A stretch of 64,000 nucleotides of DNA, taken from NCBI GenBank assembly GCA_949300385.1, contig CASGDZ010000003.1, positions 17,316-81,315 of the forward strand, read 5' to 3'. The position numbers and the translations under genes are program-made. The notes below the pieces were generated by a model that saw only the letters and a program-made list of their open reading frames with translations, did no database searches and had not been told where the DNA came from. Shown piece by piece: positions 8,429 through 19,760 of this stretch (its first letter is position 1; each line of letters begins with the position of its first letter). Source of the DNA: an uncultured Christensenella sp. (lineage in GTDB: Bacteria > Bacillota > Clostridia > Christensenellales > UBA1242).

Positions 8429-11400
8429 TCAACTAACTTTTTTTATTGTAACGCTAATTTCTAGTTCTTCACCCGATATAGAAGATCTCCCCAATATTGT
8501 CACTTTAAATTCATTATCATTCCTCTCAATAGTTAAGTTTTCAATATTTTCTTCCCAATCTTCTTCAGCATTTATCACAATATTGTCAACTTTTATCTCA
8601 TTTTCTTTATTAAAATTAGACAATAAATATGAATAATCGAATGTTAAATCCCCATTAACTTTTCGGACATTTATATTATATTTATCGCCATAAGCATACA
8701 AATTCGTTGTCCCAAAAGGTGTTTCAATATCCTCATTCGATAGATTCGTAAATACTATCAATTCTTCATCATAATTATTTCTACCCCATGAGTCAAAACT
8801 AGACACCTTAGTACCTACTAAATAGGTGATATAAGTTGCATCTAAATCGGTCATATTTGCAAAGATATTCGCAATTGGTAAGTCATACACTGCCCCACCT
8901 ATTAAATTTGCTTCGTCGATAAAGCCTATTATCGAATTTTCGACTTGCGAGGTTATAGTTGGTTCGATAATAAAACTATTACTATTGTTATCCTTAGCGT
9001 AATCAATGTCATAACTAATGCCACTACTTGATATTCCGACAAACAGACCCAAAACTCTATTGTATGTAATTGATGATTCAAAATTAGTTTGTGTCTGCAT
9101 GTACGAATAGAATAACTTCATGTTACCAAATAGATAATAAATAGTATCCATGGACAATGACAAGTTGCTATATTGCTCAATCGAACTACCTTGATATAGA
9201 TAATTGATTTTATTTTCTGGCAACACATCAATATTATTTCTATCAATTGCACCCGCACCTGTTGTACGATTAATAAATGTAGCATATGAGTAGTTAGCGC
9301 CAATAACTCCGCCCGTATAGAACCCTAAAAGTTGTCCATCAAATTTGCTTGAATGGATATATCCATATAGATTTCTACCTACAATTCCACCGACAGTAGA
9401 AGATGTATTTGTAATAACTATATCTATATCTGCAGTGCTGTTCATTATTATACCACCGAGATTGAATCCTACCAATCCTGCACTGACATTTGTTGAGTAT
9501 GTGAACAAATCTTGTGCTTCACTATCCACACTAGAAGATTCAATCCATCCTCTATTTTCACCAACTAATCCGCCAGTATATTGATATCCATACAATACTC
9601 CGCTAGATAATGAAACGGAAGCATTTTCTACTTTAACGCGCTCGCCAACAAGTCCAAACATTACACCTACTGTATCACCGATTGCAGTTATATTTCCTGT
9701 AACGGACAAGTCTTTGGCAACAAAATAGTTTTCGTCCGATAAAATTCTATCAGCCTTTACATTATAATTTGAACTATCATATCCGTCCAAAATTCCTGCT
9801 ATGCTACCTGCATAATATATGCTAGACAAATTCGATGAAGCGGTTGCGCCATTGTTAACTGATTCATATATAGCATATTGATATTGAGTTGAAGCGCGCA
9901 CACTATTTACGCCTACGCCACTTATAATATGCTCAATATCAAATCGCCCACGAACTACACCCGCTAAACCACCGACTGCATTCGCTCCAGCGATGACATC
10001 ATTTGCACCAATTTGAATGTTGTATAAATTATAATTTTCTATAATGCCTGCCAATATTCCAACTGCCTCAGTGCGTGTAGCCAAAACAGATGTTGCGTTT
10101 ATATTTAGATTTCTGATTGTGTTTTCAATTGAATTATCTTGTAGGCATATATCTTTAAATAGTCCGATTGAATCAAGGCTCTCTAGTGAATATATCATTA
10201 GTCCTTCAATATTCATGTTATTACCTTGAATGTTACCTGAGAATGTTAAACTACTTGTAGTAGGATTAGCATTTCTAGAAGAGAAGTCTATATCTGATAT
10301 AAACCTAAAGTATTTCGTCATATTTGATTCAATAAAGTATGATTCATACGATTGTAAATCATAAATCAATATAGGATTGTTCTTCTCCCCATACCCATTG
10401 TCCGATACTGACCATGAATAGTCATAACCGATAATATTACCACTTGCGTCTTTAATAGGACTATCTACGCGCTCTATTGTTCGCAAACCATAATAATATT
10501 GATAGTATGTAACTCCATCGATATTGATGGAATTACCACCATAGTCATTGTTTGAAGAATATTCTACTTTTTCAAGACAAGATACCAATTTAGGCGTACT
10601 ATTTCCCGTCGTTGTCCAAACAGCGCTAGCATTATCCCCAAATGTAAAAGTTGGATATTTGCTTGCATTTAGTCTGTCATTATAATTAATTTGCTCTAAA
10701 CCTTCAATTCCGTCCGCATATCCACTTACCGGAATCTTTATTTCATACGAATTTGTAATACCAGTTGTCGAAGTAGGTGCAAACATATTGACTATTGCAC
10801 TTGTCTTATTGCCTTTATTAATCATAGTGTAGCAATTATTAATTGTTGAACTATTTGAATTTACAAAACCTGAGAAAGTGTTGTTGCTATTGTCACCCAC
10901 CTGCTCCATTATTACATACGCGTCAAATATTGTACCGCTATTAGAATATACAAAACCTGCCGATATATCTTTTGCTGAAATATTTCCGATAGGTAGTGAG
11001 CCATTATAGTATGTAACACCTGATTCAACATAACTCATTGAGATTTCGCCACTATTTCTAACGACAAAACCGGCAACTTCAATTACGCTTGTATAACTAT
11101 TAGTTCGGTTATAACCATAAATTAAACCATGATTATTTGTATTTGCATCAAAGGCACTTGAAACGATTTTACCTGAATTTGAATAAACAAATCCACCTAT
11201 ATTTGCTTTTGCAAACATTTGTAATTCACTCGTAGAATTTGTAATGTATCCGCTTGAATTGTTATTTCCAACGAGACCACCCATATAGAAGGCAACATTG
11301 AGTCCGCTAACCTTTGCTTCAACAATAGGAGCAGTAAGTGCCATTAATCCACTAACTTTACAGTTCGTGATTATACCCGAATTTGAAGGTGTAATACCAC

Positions 11401-14400
11401 CAAATGTGACAGACTGATAATCTACTGTACTGCTATTTGTAATATTATAATATGAGACATCAAAACTCGTTGCCGTTCGATTATATGAACCAAAGCCCGT
11501 TTTATCACCACTAACATAGTAGACATTCACATTCATAACAAGCATATTTTCATAAACTTGCTTAAATAGTCCAGCCATAATATTTTCTTCACTAAATGTT
11601 GAAAAATTATTTATAGTTATTGTATGTCCATTTCCGTCAAAATAGGTCAAATTCACATCAATAGGTGTATAGTTTTCAAGCGTTATATCCGTACCAAGCG
11701 TATAACCTGTACCCGACTGCATATTTAAAAACTCTTGTGCAGTTGTAATAAGATTAGTTTCATGGTTAGTGAGTGCGTCGATAAAACTCAATGTATAATT
11801 TATGTCGTACGCGCGTTGTACACCGCTTGCTTGAGTTTCCGAATTTTCTTCAGACACTTGCCAATTATTGTTATTTAAATTTAAATAGAACTTTAAATTC
11901 ATTTGAGTGATTATATCATATCCTGTCACATTGATAGTGTATGTATTACCACTATTTGCTGATATGGATAATACTATTATTCCCTCATCATTTGTTAAAT
12001 AAAGCGTATTATCCGTTATTGATTTAGTATATTCTTTAAAATTTAAATAATTTAGATTTGAATTTAATTTTTCTAATATGCTATTAATATAGTATATAAC
12101 GCCACTTTTTTGCGTGATATTATTATCATAAATAATATCTTCTCCATTTGAACCTGCAAAACTGATATCATTACTATCAAAGTAGAAATAGAAATCAGTA
12201 TTAACACCATAATTACCATACAGTGTTTTTCCGTTATTGACAGAATGTGAAATACTCACATCATGAATAACAAAATTTGTAAACACAAATGAAATTGACT
12301 TTGTTGTACTATCAAAATCTCCATTCTCATTTGTCGCTGTAGCGCTTGCCTTGATTGTCAAAGTGTAACCTAATAAAGCTTCATAATTTGCATTTTCTTT
12401 TGGAGTTAATTCATAAAAATTATTATTTGAAGATAATGGATAGAAATAATCTAAATAATTTAATGTTTGTCCATTCCCATTTGTCAATGAATAACTAAAT
12501 ATTGGTACGCTACTATCCGCATTTGATGCGTAAATTAAGAATTCGTTAGTTGTACCTACCGCTAAATGTTGAGTTACTTGTGATGTTTCGATTGTTCCGT
12601 CTGGTCTGATATAATTCAATGTTATACTTGGCATCATGCGTGCTGTTACATTTATTTTATTAGTAGCAACACGAATGTCGTCTAATCTATTGTTATCATT
12701 TTCACTATTGTATACATAGGCACGAACTTGAATTGTGTGCATTATTGAAGAATAATCTCTACTTATTCGTGTAAATACATAAATAGTACTATCTCCCACC
12801 TTATTTAAGATAATGCCTGCATTGTCTCGCGATGGTAAATCTACACCAATACGATTTCCATCTTTGTCTACTTGTGAAAATACAATTAATTCTCTACCCG
12901 TAATATCACTAATTTCGAGATAATCATAATATCCATTTATAGGTGCAATATTTATTATGATAAGTCCATGTGTGTTAGGTTCTTCGTCACTACCCGACTT
13001 GATAATGTCGCTAAGTTTCGGTTCATTATTTTCATCATAAATATAATTTTTAATATCAACACTATTAATTCTTTGCGGTATGAATGTAAATCTAAGAGAA
13101 GAAGATACTATGCCATTTAATTCAAATTCTAAATCTAAATAATGCGTTTTAATTAAATCTACACCATTATCATTAAACACAACTTCAAAATTAAACACAA
13201 CTTCAAATGTGACAATTTGAATGTTATTATTTAATCCTCCAACTTTGATATTTTTGATATAATTATCAGTCTTTACTGACTCATTATCAAAATACAATTT
13301 CAACATATCGTTAAAATCAGTTTCATCTATAGCGACATCGGTTGAAACATAAGCTGTGACAGTTGTTGTATCATTTGGATATAGTATTAAATTATTATAA
13401 TTTAAAGATATAGAACTTGGTCCGCTATATGTAACTAAATCAAAAGATATTATCTTATCAAATTCAAGAGTGTATTCCCCCGCAACCAAAATATATGGTG
13501 TTATTTTAAATTGTAATACCTCTTTTTCATTTATAGTCTCTAATACTGTAATGCTGAAAGGTATGTCGTAATCTAAGTCAAGGTACCAAATTCCCCCAGC
13601 ATTATCATAAATCAATGTTTCACCACTAATGTTTATATAAGTATTTAAATTATAATTATTATAATCAATTCTAGTAGGTGCAGTGATTTCAATATGCAGG
13701 TTTACATTTTGATTTGTTGTATATTCAAATCCGCTAGAATAGCCAAAAGAAATAGTGTAATATTGTTCGCCTGAACCTTTAGCAATATTTAAAGTATCTC
13801 CATTAATTGACTTTGTTTTATCCACACTTGAACGACTAATAATGAACTCATCACCGATAGGTAATCCAACATAAATTGTTACACTAGTGGTTATCTTGCT
13901 ATTTAACTGCGCGCTAAATGTTATAGTTGCGCTACCCACTCCGCGAAGCAAAATATTGCTATTAGATATCATAACAACATTAGAATTTGAACTCACCACA
14001 TTAATTCGCACATTTTCCAAATCTTCTGGTTCAACCTTAAAGTCTAACAAGTCATATAGTGAATATGTATTTTTGCTAATTTCTAATGAATTAGTGCCAT
14101 CTAATATAAAATCATAATATTCTAAGTAAATAATATTACTAGGCAAGTTTTCAGGTAAGTTTTCTATATTCTCTGACGCGGTTGCCGAAATTGAATTAGG
14201 AATTCGCTCAAATATAGGTTTACCTTCACTATTTTTTAGATAAATATATCCGCCATTGATAGACTTACTATATCCCCAAATTTCGCTATTAGGGTCTTTA
14301 TCACTAATAATAAAGTTTTCTCCAATATCATTCTTTTCATATATTCCATTCACTGAAAATACTTGATACGATATTTGATTTGTTATATTTGTTACGACTA

Positions 14401-17400
14401 ATTGATTTCCTTCAAATCCACCTTCTAATTTACCTATGAATGAAGCATATATCATTAAAGGAGAAGCGGGCTGACTTGTACTTAGCACTGAAATTAAACC
14501 TGCCGATTGCGTACTACCAACAATATAGGCATTTGTGCTTGAACTGATAATAGTATTTACATTATTGTATGATGTATTATCATTTACGCCACCTGATATT
14601 CCGCCATTGGCGCCACCAATTAATCCTGCAACATAATTTAAGCCAATTATGTCTGCCTCTCCTGAGATTGAACTAGATTGAGAATAATCCCAACGATAAC
14701 TATAAACTGAGCAATATTTCAAATAACTATTAGTCGCCTGACCAATAATTCCGCCAACATTATTTCCGCCGATTATTGCCCTGGAAGAATCTGAAAGTAT
14801 TTGATAATGTACATCAATATAAATACCATTAGTATCTATTCCTACTATTCCGCCGACATTATTGCCACTAGCACTTATTGTAACAACAGATTTCACATTA
14901 TATAAACTATAAATATTTTTGCTATTATCAACGCTATCATTAATGTACAATTCTACATTACTTAAATGATTGTTTTCTAATGCATTAAGACTTACTAAAA
15001 CTTCATGTTCAATCCCTTCATTTTTACCTACGACTCCGCCTACATTGTTATGAATAGCATAAATTGTTCCTGCGACATATGCGTTAGATAAAGTTGCATT
15101 TTCGCCATTAATTCCAATAACTCCACCTACTACACTCTCAATATTTTTCATATTAGAATTAATATTAATATTAGAGATTGCGCCCTCATTCCCTATAAAT
15201 ATTCCAAATATTACATTTGAATTAGATATAGTTGTTGATCCGTCACTAGCGTTGACATTTAAACCTGTTTTGCTTGCATTTTCACCAGAATATCCGCTAA
15301 TAGATTTATTATTCACACCGACAAGACCGCCAAAATTAATTTTTGCATCTCCGTTGATAGTTATTGCTCCACTCACACCGATAATAGTATTTGAAGTATA
15401 ACTAATGGTTCCGTCATTAATTCCTACAAGTCCGCCAAAGTTTATAATATTATTTGAACCATTTAATGTCACACTACCAGAAATTACTGCTGTAGTGTTA
15501 ATAAGTTCGCCATTGTTTATATCAAATAAACCTAAATTATATGCTGTAGTTGCTGTAAAATTATAATTATATACTACATTAAAATTTATGTTAGAAATAG
15601 AGCCAGAGAAGTTAGTAAATAAGTTTTTGGTATTATCGTCAAGTGTTATTCCCGATATAGTATAAACATATTGAACACCATCTTCTTCAAATGTAGTGAT
15701 AGATCCAGTAAATCCATCTATAACCTTTTCGCCTGTATAAGTAGTATTATTCAAATTAATATTTGCCATGAGTTGATAGTGCGCCGACTTCATAGTATCA
15801 TTTGAGTTAATTTCCCAAAAATCATCTGAATTAAATATTAAATATGGGCTTGTTTTTGTTCCGTTTGACAAAACCAATTCGATAACAATATATGCTTCGT
15901 CATATAGTCCAATATTAGTACCTGTACCCTGCATTATAAATTGTGAAGGATTGTCAAACCCAGAAGCAAATTTACTTAAATCGTCCGCTAAAACATCTTT
16001 TGCAAAAACTATTAACTTTAAATTACTAGAACTTGAAATATTATCGCGCACACTAATTGTGTGGTTTTCGTTATTGATAACAACATTATTTGTATTTACA
16101 TTGCCGTACCTATCAACAACTATCATATACACATCAGGCGAGGTTATTTCCCCGAGTTGCGCTAGATTTTTAACAGTAAGGGTATAAGTCTCACCAGCCT
16201 TTAGATTTAAATAATAATTATTACTGCTTTCACTGACTTCTTCAAGTTCGCTAGTTATTTGTAAATGTTCAGTAAAAATAGGAGTTTCAACATTTATTGT
16301 AAAAATAAGCGTGAATGGATCTTGATTAAACTGAGTAAATGTTGCATATATTGTAACGCTATAAGACAACGCAGAAGAATATCCAAATTGTAAGCCTATT
16401 GAATAATCATTTTGAGATAAAATCGTTAGCAAATCTTTATCATTATTTGTATTCCATGTTACATTGTATTTTAAATTTTCGTTTGACTCAACTGATGAAT
16501 CAGATGAATTTTCTTCTAAATTTTCCGCATTTTCATCTGAAACATATGTTAAATTTGATTCCCGCTTTTGAACATAATTCCAAAGTGAATTATTAGACAA
16601 ACTGATTGATAACTCTGCGCGTGATAAATCTTTATAATAGGCTCCTAAACTATCATACATGTATCTAGTAATGGTTGTTGCGTCTATTGTTTGTCCATCT
16701 ATTGTAATATTGGCGTGTATATCATCTAACTCAATTTGCTCATAAATAAAGAATGTTAGCGCTAATTCAATTGTGTTTGTTCCGTCAATTGTGACAATAT
16801 TAGAATAATTTTCTACGCTGATAAGAACCTGTAAAGTAACATATTGCAAACTGTCAACATATGTTCCTTTCACAAATGATAATTCTGCACTATTATCTAA
16901 CGAACCATTATTATAAACATTTATAAAATCATTAACATTATATTCTGCACTACCTGACCAAATAACATTAAATTTGTATGATAGCACTTCATATACTTCG
17001 TCTAGATCTACCGCAAAATCTAGTGTTTGTCCACTAGCAACTATATAATCAGCAGTATATTCCGAGAATAAATATTCTTTTCCCCCAAGTTCGTCATATC
17101 TTATAAAATTTTTAAATGCCGAATCATTTTCATCAATTATATAGTTAACATCTTCATCTGTTAGCGCTTGATATACTTTACACTTAATTTCTATATATCC
17201 ATTATTTCCGCCGTCATAATTAGGAAAATATATAGTAATAATGTAATCACCTATATCCGTTTTACTATCAAATATGAGCAATATATTATTATAGATAGAT
17301 TCAGAGGCTTTGTAATTAAATGTAATTTCTGTTTGTCCGATAACGGATTTCCCATTTCCGTCATTCTGTGCATACTGCTTAATTTTAAGCGGATTATCCT

Positions 17401-19291
17401 TTCCACCATTCACTCCTATTCTAAAATCAGCCAAAGAAAGAGTATTCCCTTGCTCTCCTAAAACTTCACTCATGTATACAAAATATGTAGTTGCATTTTT
17501 ATTGTCTAAGCCTTGTGTTCTATCTAGATAAATTTGGTCAATCTCTATTGTTTCAGTCCCATCTTGGTAAAAATGTTGCTCATGATCATCTATATCAATA
17601 TACCCTGCATTCAATGTGATGTCCGAAACTCCGTCTCGCCTATTAAATGTAAGAGTTTTATTGATAGTACTAATGTCTTTTAAATATTCTAAATTTCCAG
17701 TGTAATAATTAGCAATATCAAATGTCAAAGTGTTGTAGTTATCGACTACGCTATCCGTTTTAACATATTTTACAAAAATATTATCGCTATATGTAATTTC
17801 TTCAGAAAAGAATTTATTATTAGTTTCATCATAATAGAATTTTAATGGCATAGATCCTTTGTAAAATTCTATCAAATACATATTATCGCCAAACTGGGTT
17901 GTACTACCATCATCATGTGTTACGCTAGTTCTTAAATCTTGAGTTGTAAAAGTGCTATCAGTATAAATCACATTAATTTTTGTATTTCCATAATTTACAC
18001 CAATATTTAAAAGTTGCGGAATAACTTGAATTCTCATACTTGATAAGTCAATATATGATTCTTCTGGCGTGGCTTCGAACTTAAATAATGCTCCTAATGA
18101 GTTAGGATAATAATCATATAGATTGTATATCATGTTTGCATTAATGATTTCATTTTGCATGTAAACATTTATATCATCTGGCTTGATTTCGCTTTTTACG
18201 CTAACGATTTTTGTAATACTTTCTAGACTGCTATTTACTTTTGGAACGAGCGATATGCTAACATCGGTTGGGTTAGGAATATAATCAGTCGCGGTAATTA
18301 TAACTTTATTCCCGCTTATGTTATATCTTATTGGCAAACCTGAATCATAATTTACCGTCAAGTCATAATAATTATAAAAATTAATTCCGTCAACATCGCT
18401 TAAAGGTATCATATCTTCATCGTCCAATTTTAACTCAAATTGAACATTATTATAATTATATGATTCTCCATCTGGTGTAGTATTAATATCCGTATCGTCA
18501 ACAATTAAAACTATCGTATCATTATCAATGTATTTTTCATGATATTCGTCTGTATCAATGATTATTTCGTCGTTAGAAAATTGGCGTACAAACTCTACAT
18601 TTATTTCTAAATTTGTTAAATGTATGTTTTCATAACCTTCTAAAACCAACACAGGTGTTAGAGTAATTGATCTACCAGTCTCTACATCTGGCGAAACAGT
18701 AAATCCTACAATTAAGTCCTCGTCATTAACCTCCTCATAAATTGGAGTTAATCCTGTCATATTGCTACTATTAGATACTGAAAAATAAATTTTTTCTGTA
18801 CCATCTATTTTTACAATATCATCTCCATTTATTATCACATCAGTGCTTTGCTCAAAAATAGGTAGATAATATTTGTTGGTTAAAAGTGTAGTATTAGTCG
18901 ACCTTTTGTTGATTGATAAAGGTATGCTAGCCTCTTTGTTTGAACTATTATGTCTAACAACTAATTTTGCATTATCTCCACTAGGCATATTCGCCTTTAT
19001 TGTCAAGAGATATGTATTGCCTTCTAAATTTCCTATACTAATATCTGCTAAGTTGCTAGGTTCTGTTCGAGCGCTAATTGCACCTATATCTGAAAAATCA
19101 ATACCATCAAATTTTACAGCAATAGTAGTTGTATCATTTTCATCGAGCAATAAGTCAACACTTGTTATAGCGTCCCCAGTGCCAGAATAAAATGACATGC
19201 TAAGTGCAGAATAGTCCGTTCCGCAAGCAGAAAAAATCAAGCACGACAAACATGCCATTATGACTAATACTACACCCCTTAATTTCTTCAT
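8429..19291 (-). CDS. giant (3620 aa) surface lipoprotein with Ig-like/beta-rich modules and two blocks of GLUG-like repeats; putative adhesin
   Basis: Signal peptide with lipobox (LIFSAC-G). It has recurring xxGG(L/I/V)(V/I)Gxnxgxi motifs at roughly 14600-15500 and 9300-11300. The ORF is uninterrupted for 10.9 kb. Shine-Dalgarno is AGGGGATGAA. Confidence 0.9.
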   Translation of the reverse strand: MKKLRGVVLVIMACLSCLIFSACGTDYSALSMSFYSGTGDAITSVDLLLDENDTTTIAVKFDGIDFSDIGAISARTEPSNLADISIGNLEGNTYLLTIKANMPSGDNAKLVVRHNSSNKEASIPLSINKRSTNTTLLTNKYYLPIFEQSTDVIINGDDIVKIDGTEKIYFSVSNSSNMTGLTPIYEEVNDEDLIVGFTVSPDVETGRSITLTPVLVLEGYENIHLTNLEINVEFVRQFSNDEIIIDTDEYHEKYIDNDTIVLIVDDTDINTTPDGESYNYNNVQFELKLDDEDMIPLSDVDGINFYNYYDLTVNYDSGLPIRYNISGNKVIITATDYIPNPTDVSISLVPKVNSSLESITKIVSVKSEIKPDDINVYMQNEIINANMIYNLYDYYPNSLGALFKFEATPEESYIDLSSMRIQVIPQLLNIGVNYGNTKINVIYTDSTFTTQDLRTSVTHDDGSTTQFGDNMYLIEFYKGSMPLKFYYDETNNKFFSEEITYSDNIFVKYVKTDSVVDNYNTLTFDIANYYTGNLEYLKDISTINKTLTFNRRDGVSDITLNAGYIDIDDHEQHFYQDGTETIEIDQIYLDRTQGLDNKNATTYFVYMSEVLGEQGNTLSLADFRIGVNGGKDNPLKIKQYAQNDGNGKSVIGQTEITFNYKASESIYNNILLIFDSKTDIGDYIITIYFPNYDGGNNGYIEIKCKVYQALTDEDVNYIIDENDSAFKNFIRYDELGGKEYLFSEYTADYIVASGQTLDFAVDLDEVYEVLSYKFNVIWSGSAEYNVNDFINVYNNGSLDNSAELSFVKGTYVDSLQYVTLQVLISVENYSNIVTIDGTNTIELALTFFIYEQIELDDIHANITIDGQTIDATTITRYMYDSLGAYYKDLSRAELSISLSNNSLWNYVQKRESNLTYVSDENAENLEENSSDSSVESNENLKYNVTWNTNNDKDLLTILSQNDYSIGLQFGYSSALSYSVTIYATFTQFNQDPFTLIFTINVETPIFTEHLQITSELEEVSESSNNYYLNLKAGETYTLTVKNLAQLGEITSPDVYMIVVDRYGNVNTNNVVINNENHTISVRDNISSSSNLKLIVFAKDVLADDLSKFASGFDNPSQFIMQGTGTNIGLYDEAYIVIELVLSNGTKTSPYLIFNSDDFWEINSNDTMKSAHYQLMANINLNNTTYTGEKVIDGFTGSITTFEEDGVQYVYTISGITLDDNTKNLFTNFSGSISNINFNVVYNYNFTATTAYNLGLFDINNGELINTTAVISGSVTLNGSNNIINFGGLVGINDGTISYTSNTIIGVSGAITINGDAKINFGGLVGVNNKSISGYSGENASKTGLNVNASDGSTTISNSNVIFGIFIGNEGAISNININSNMKNIESVVGGVIGINGENATLSNAYVAGTIYAIHNNVGGVVGKNEGIEHEVLVSLNALENNHLSNVELYINDSVDNSKNIYSLYNVKSVVTISASGNNVGGIVGIDTNGIYIDVHYQILSDSSRAIIGGNNVGGIIGQATNSYLKYCSVYSYRWDYSQSSSISGEADIIGLNYVAGLIGGANGGISGGVNDNTSYNNVNTIISSSTNAYIVGSTQSAGLISVLSTSQPASPLMIYASFIGKLEGGFEGNQLVVTNITNQISYQVFSVNGIYEKNDIGENFIISDKDPNSEIWGYSKSINGGYIYLKNSEGKPIFERIPNSISATASENIENLPENLPSNIIYLEYYDFILDGTNSLEISKNTYSLYDLLDFKVEPEDLENVRINVVSSNSNVVMISNSNILLRGVGSATITFSAQLNSKITTSVTIYVGLPIGDEFIISRSSVDKTKSINGDTLNIAKGSGEQYYTISFGYSSGFEYTTNQNVNLHIEITAPTRIDYNNYNLNTYINISGETLIYDNAGGIWYLDLDYDIPFSITVLETINEKEVLQFKITPYILVAGEYTLEFDKIISFDLVTYSGPSSISLNYNNLILYPNDTTTVTAYVSTDVAIDETDFNDMLKLYFDNESVKTDNYIKNIKVGGLNNNIQIVTFEVVFNFEVVFNDNGVDLIKTHYLDLEFELNGIVSSSLRFTFIPQRINSVDIKNYIYDENNEPKLSDIIKSGSDEEPNTHGLIIINIAPINGYYDYLEISDITGRELIVFSQVDKDGNRIGVDLPSRDNAGIILNKVGDSTIYVFTRISRDYSSIMHTIQVRAYVYNSENDNNRLDDIRVATNKINVTARMMPSITLNYIRPDGTIETSQVTQHLAVGTTNEFLIYASNADSSVPIFSYSLTNGNGQTLNYLDYFYPLSSNNNFYELTPKENANYEALLGYTLTIKASATATNENGDFDSTTKSISFVFTNFVIHDVSISHSVNNGKTLYGNYGVNTDFYFYFDSNDISFAGSNGEDIIYDNNITQKSGVIYYINSILEKLNSNLNYLNFKEYTKSITDNTLYLTNDEGIIVLSISANSGNTYTINVTGYDIITQMNLKFYLNLNNNNWQVSEENSETQASGVQRAYDINYTLSFIDALTNHETNLITTAQEFLNMQSGTGYTLGTDITLENYTPIDVNLTYFDGNGHTITINNFSTFSEENIMAGLFKQVYENMLVMNVNVYYVSGDKTGFGSYNRTATSFDVSYYNITNSSTVDYQSVTFGGITPSNSGIITNCKVSGLMALTAPIVEAKVSGLNVAFYMGGLVGNNNSSGYITNSTSELQMFAKANIGGFVYSNSGKIVSSAFDANTNNHGLIYGYNRTNSYTSVIEVAGFVVRNSGEISMSYVESGVTYYNGSLPIGNISAKDISAGFVYSNSGTIFDAYVIMEQVGDNSNNTFSGFVNSNSSTINNCYTMINKGNKTSAIVNMFAPTSTTGITNSYEIKIPVSGYADGIEGLEQINYNDRLNASKYPTFTFGDNASAVWTTTGNSTPKLVSCLEKVEYSSNNDYGGNSINIDGVTYYQYYYGLRTIERVDSPIKDASGNIIGYDYSWSVSDNGYGEKNNPILIYDLQSYESYFIESNMTKYFRFISDIDFSSRNANPTTSSLTFSGNIQGNNMNIEGLMIYSLESLDSIGLFKDICLQDNSIENTIRNLNINATSVLATRTEAVGILAGIIENYNLYNIQIGANDVIAGANAVGGLAGVVRGRFDIEHIISGVGVNSVRASTQYQYAIYESVNNGATASSNLSSIYYAGSIAGILDGYDSSNYNVKADRILSDENYFVAKDLSVTGNITAIGDTVGVMFGLVGERVKVENASVSLSSGVLYGYQYTGGLVGENRGWIESSSVDSEAQDLFTYSTNVSAGLVGFNLGGIIMNSTADIDIVITNTSSTVGGIVGRNLYGYIHSSKFDGQLLGFYTGGVIGANYSYATFINRTTGAGAIDRNNIDVLPENKINYLYQGSSIEQYSNLSLSMDTIYYLFGNMKLFYSYMQTQTNFESSITYNRVLGLFVGISSSGISYDIDYAKDNNSNSFIIEPTITSQVENSIIGFIDEANLIGGAVYDLPIANIFANMTDLDATYITYLVGTKVSSFDSWGRNNYDEELIVFTNLSNEDIETPFGTTNLYAYGDKYNINVRKVNGDLTFDYSYLLSNFNKENEIKVDNIVINAEEDWEENIENLTIERNDNEFKVTILGRSSISGEELEISVTIKKVS
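13172..13207. repeat. perfect in-frame 18-nt tandem duplication inside the giant gene (FEVVFN FEVVFN)
   Basis: ATTAAACACAACTTCAAA occurs twice back to back (13172-13189 and 13190-13207). Confidence 0.9.
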
Positions 19292-19490
19292 TTCATCCCC
19301 TAAATTAATTTGCGCTAAATCGCAAGAATTATTTTAATCTTTAAAAAATTAAAATAAATAATAAATTCATATTTATTATAAAAATAAATGTAATATTTTG
19401 TCAAATAAATTTCTATTAATTTAAAATAAATTAAATTCAGAATATTTTTAAATAAAGAATATTTGGCAATTAAAAAAAATATATTATTTT

Positions 19491-19760
19491 ATGGAAAGTA
19501 TAGAAAATAAAGAACAAATTATAAATTTAGTAAATCGAAAATTTTTATCAATTACAGGAACTGAAAAAATAATTAGTTTAAAGCCTGATTTAATTCAATT
19601 AGATACAGTTAATGGTGGAATTATGATTTCAGGACAAAATCTTGAATTAATCAAATTAGATGACACTTTAAAAAAGGCAGAAATAAACGGGACAATAGAT
19701 TGTATTCGTTTTGATGTAGGAAAAAGTAAAGAACCATTTTTTAGGAAGATTTTTAAATGA
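19491..19760 (+). CDS. yabP: sporulation protein YabP
   Basis: The 89-aa product matches the YabP pattern (LSITG...I..F....I...T..G.L.I.G..L....L). It sits in yabP-yabQ-divIC synteny as in Bacillus. Confidence 0.8.
   Translation: MESIENKEQIINLVNRKFLSITGTEKIISLKPDLIQLDTVNGGIMISGQNLELIKLDDTLKKAEINGTIDCIRFDVGKSKEPFFRKIFK

Noticed and set aside
19310-19326. A small inverted repeat, TTGCGCTAAATCGCAA, lies in the leader of the giant lipoprotein gene.
   Set aside because: The arms are only 5 bp. This is too short to distinguish from chance or to assign a function.
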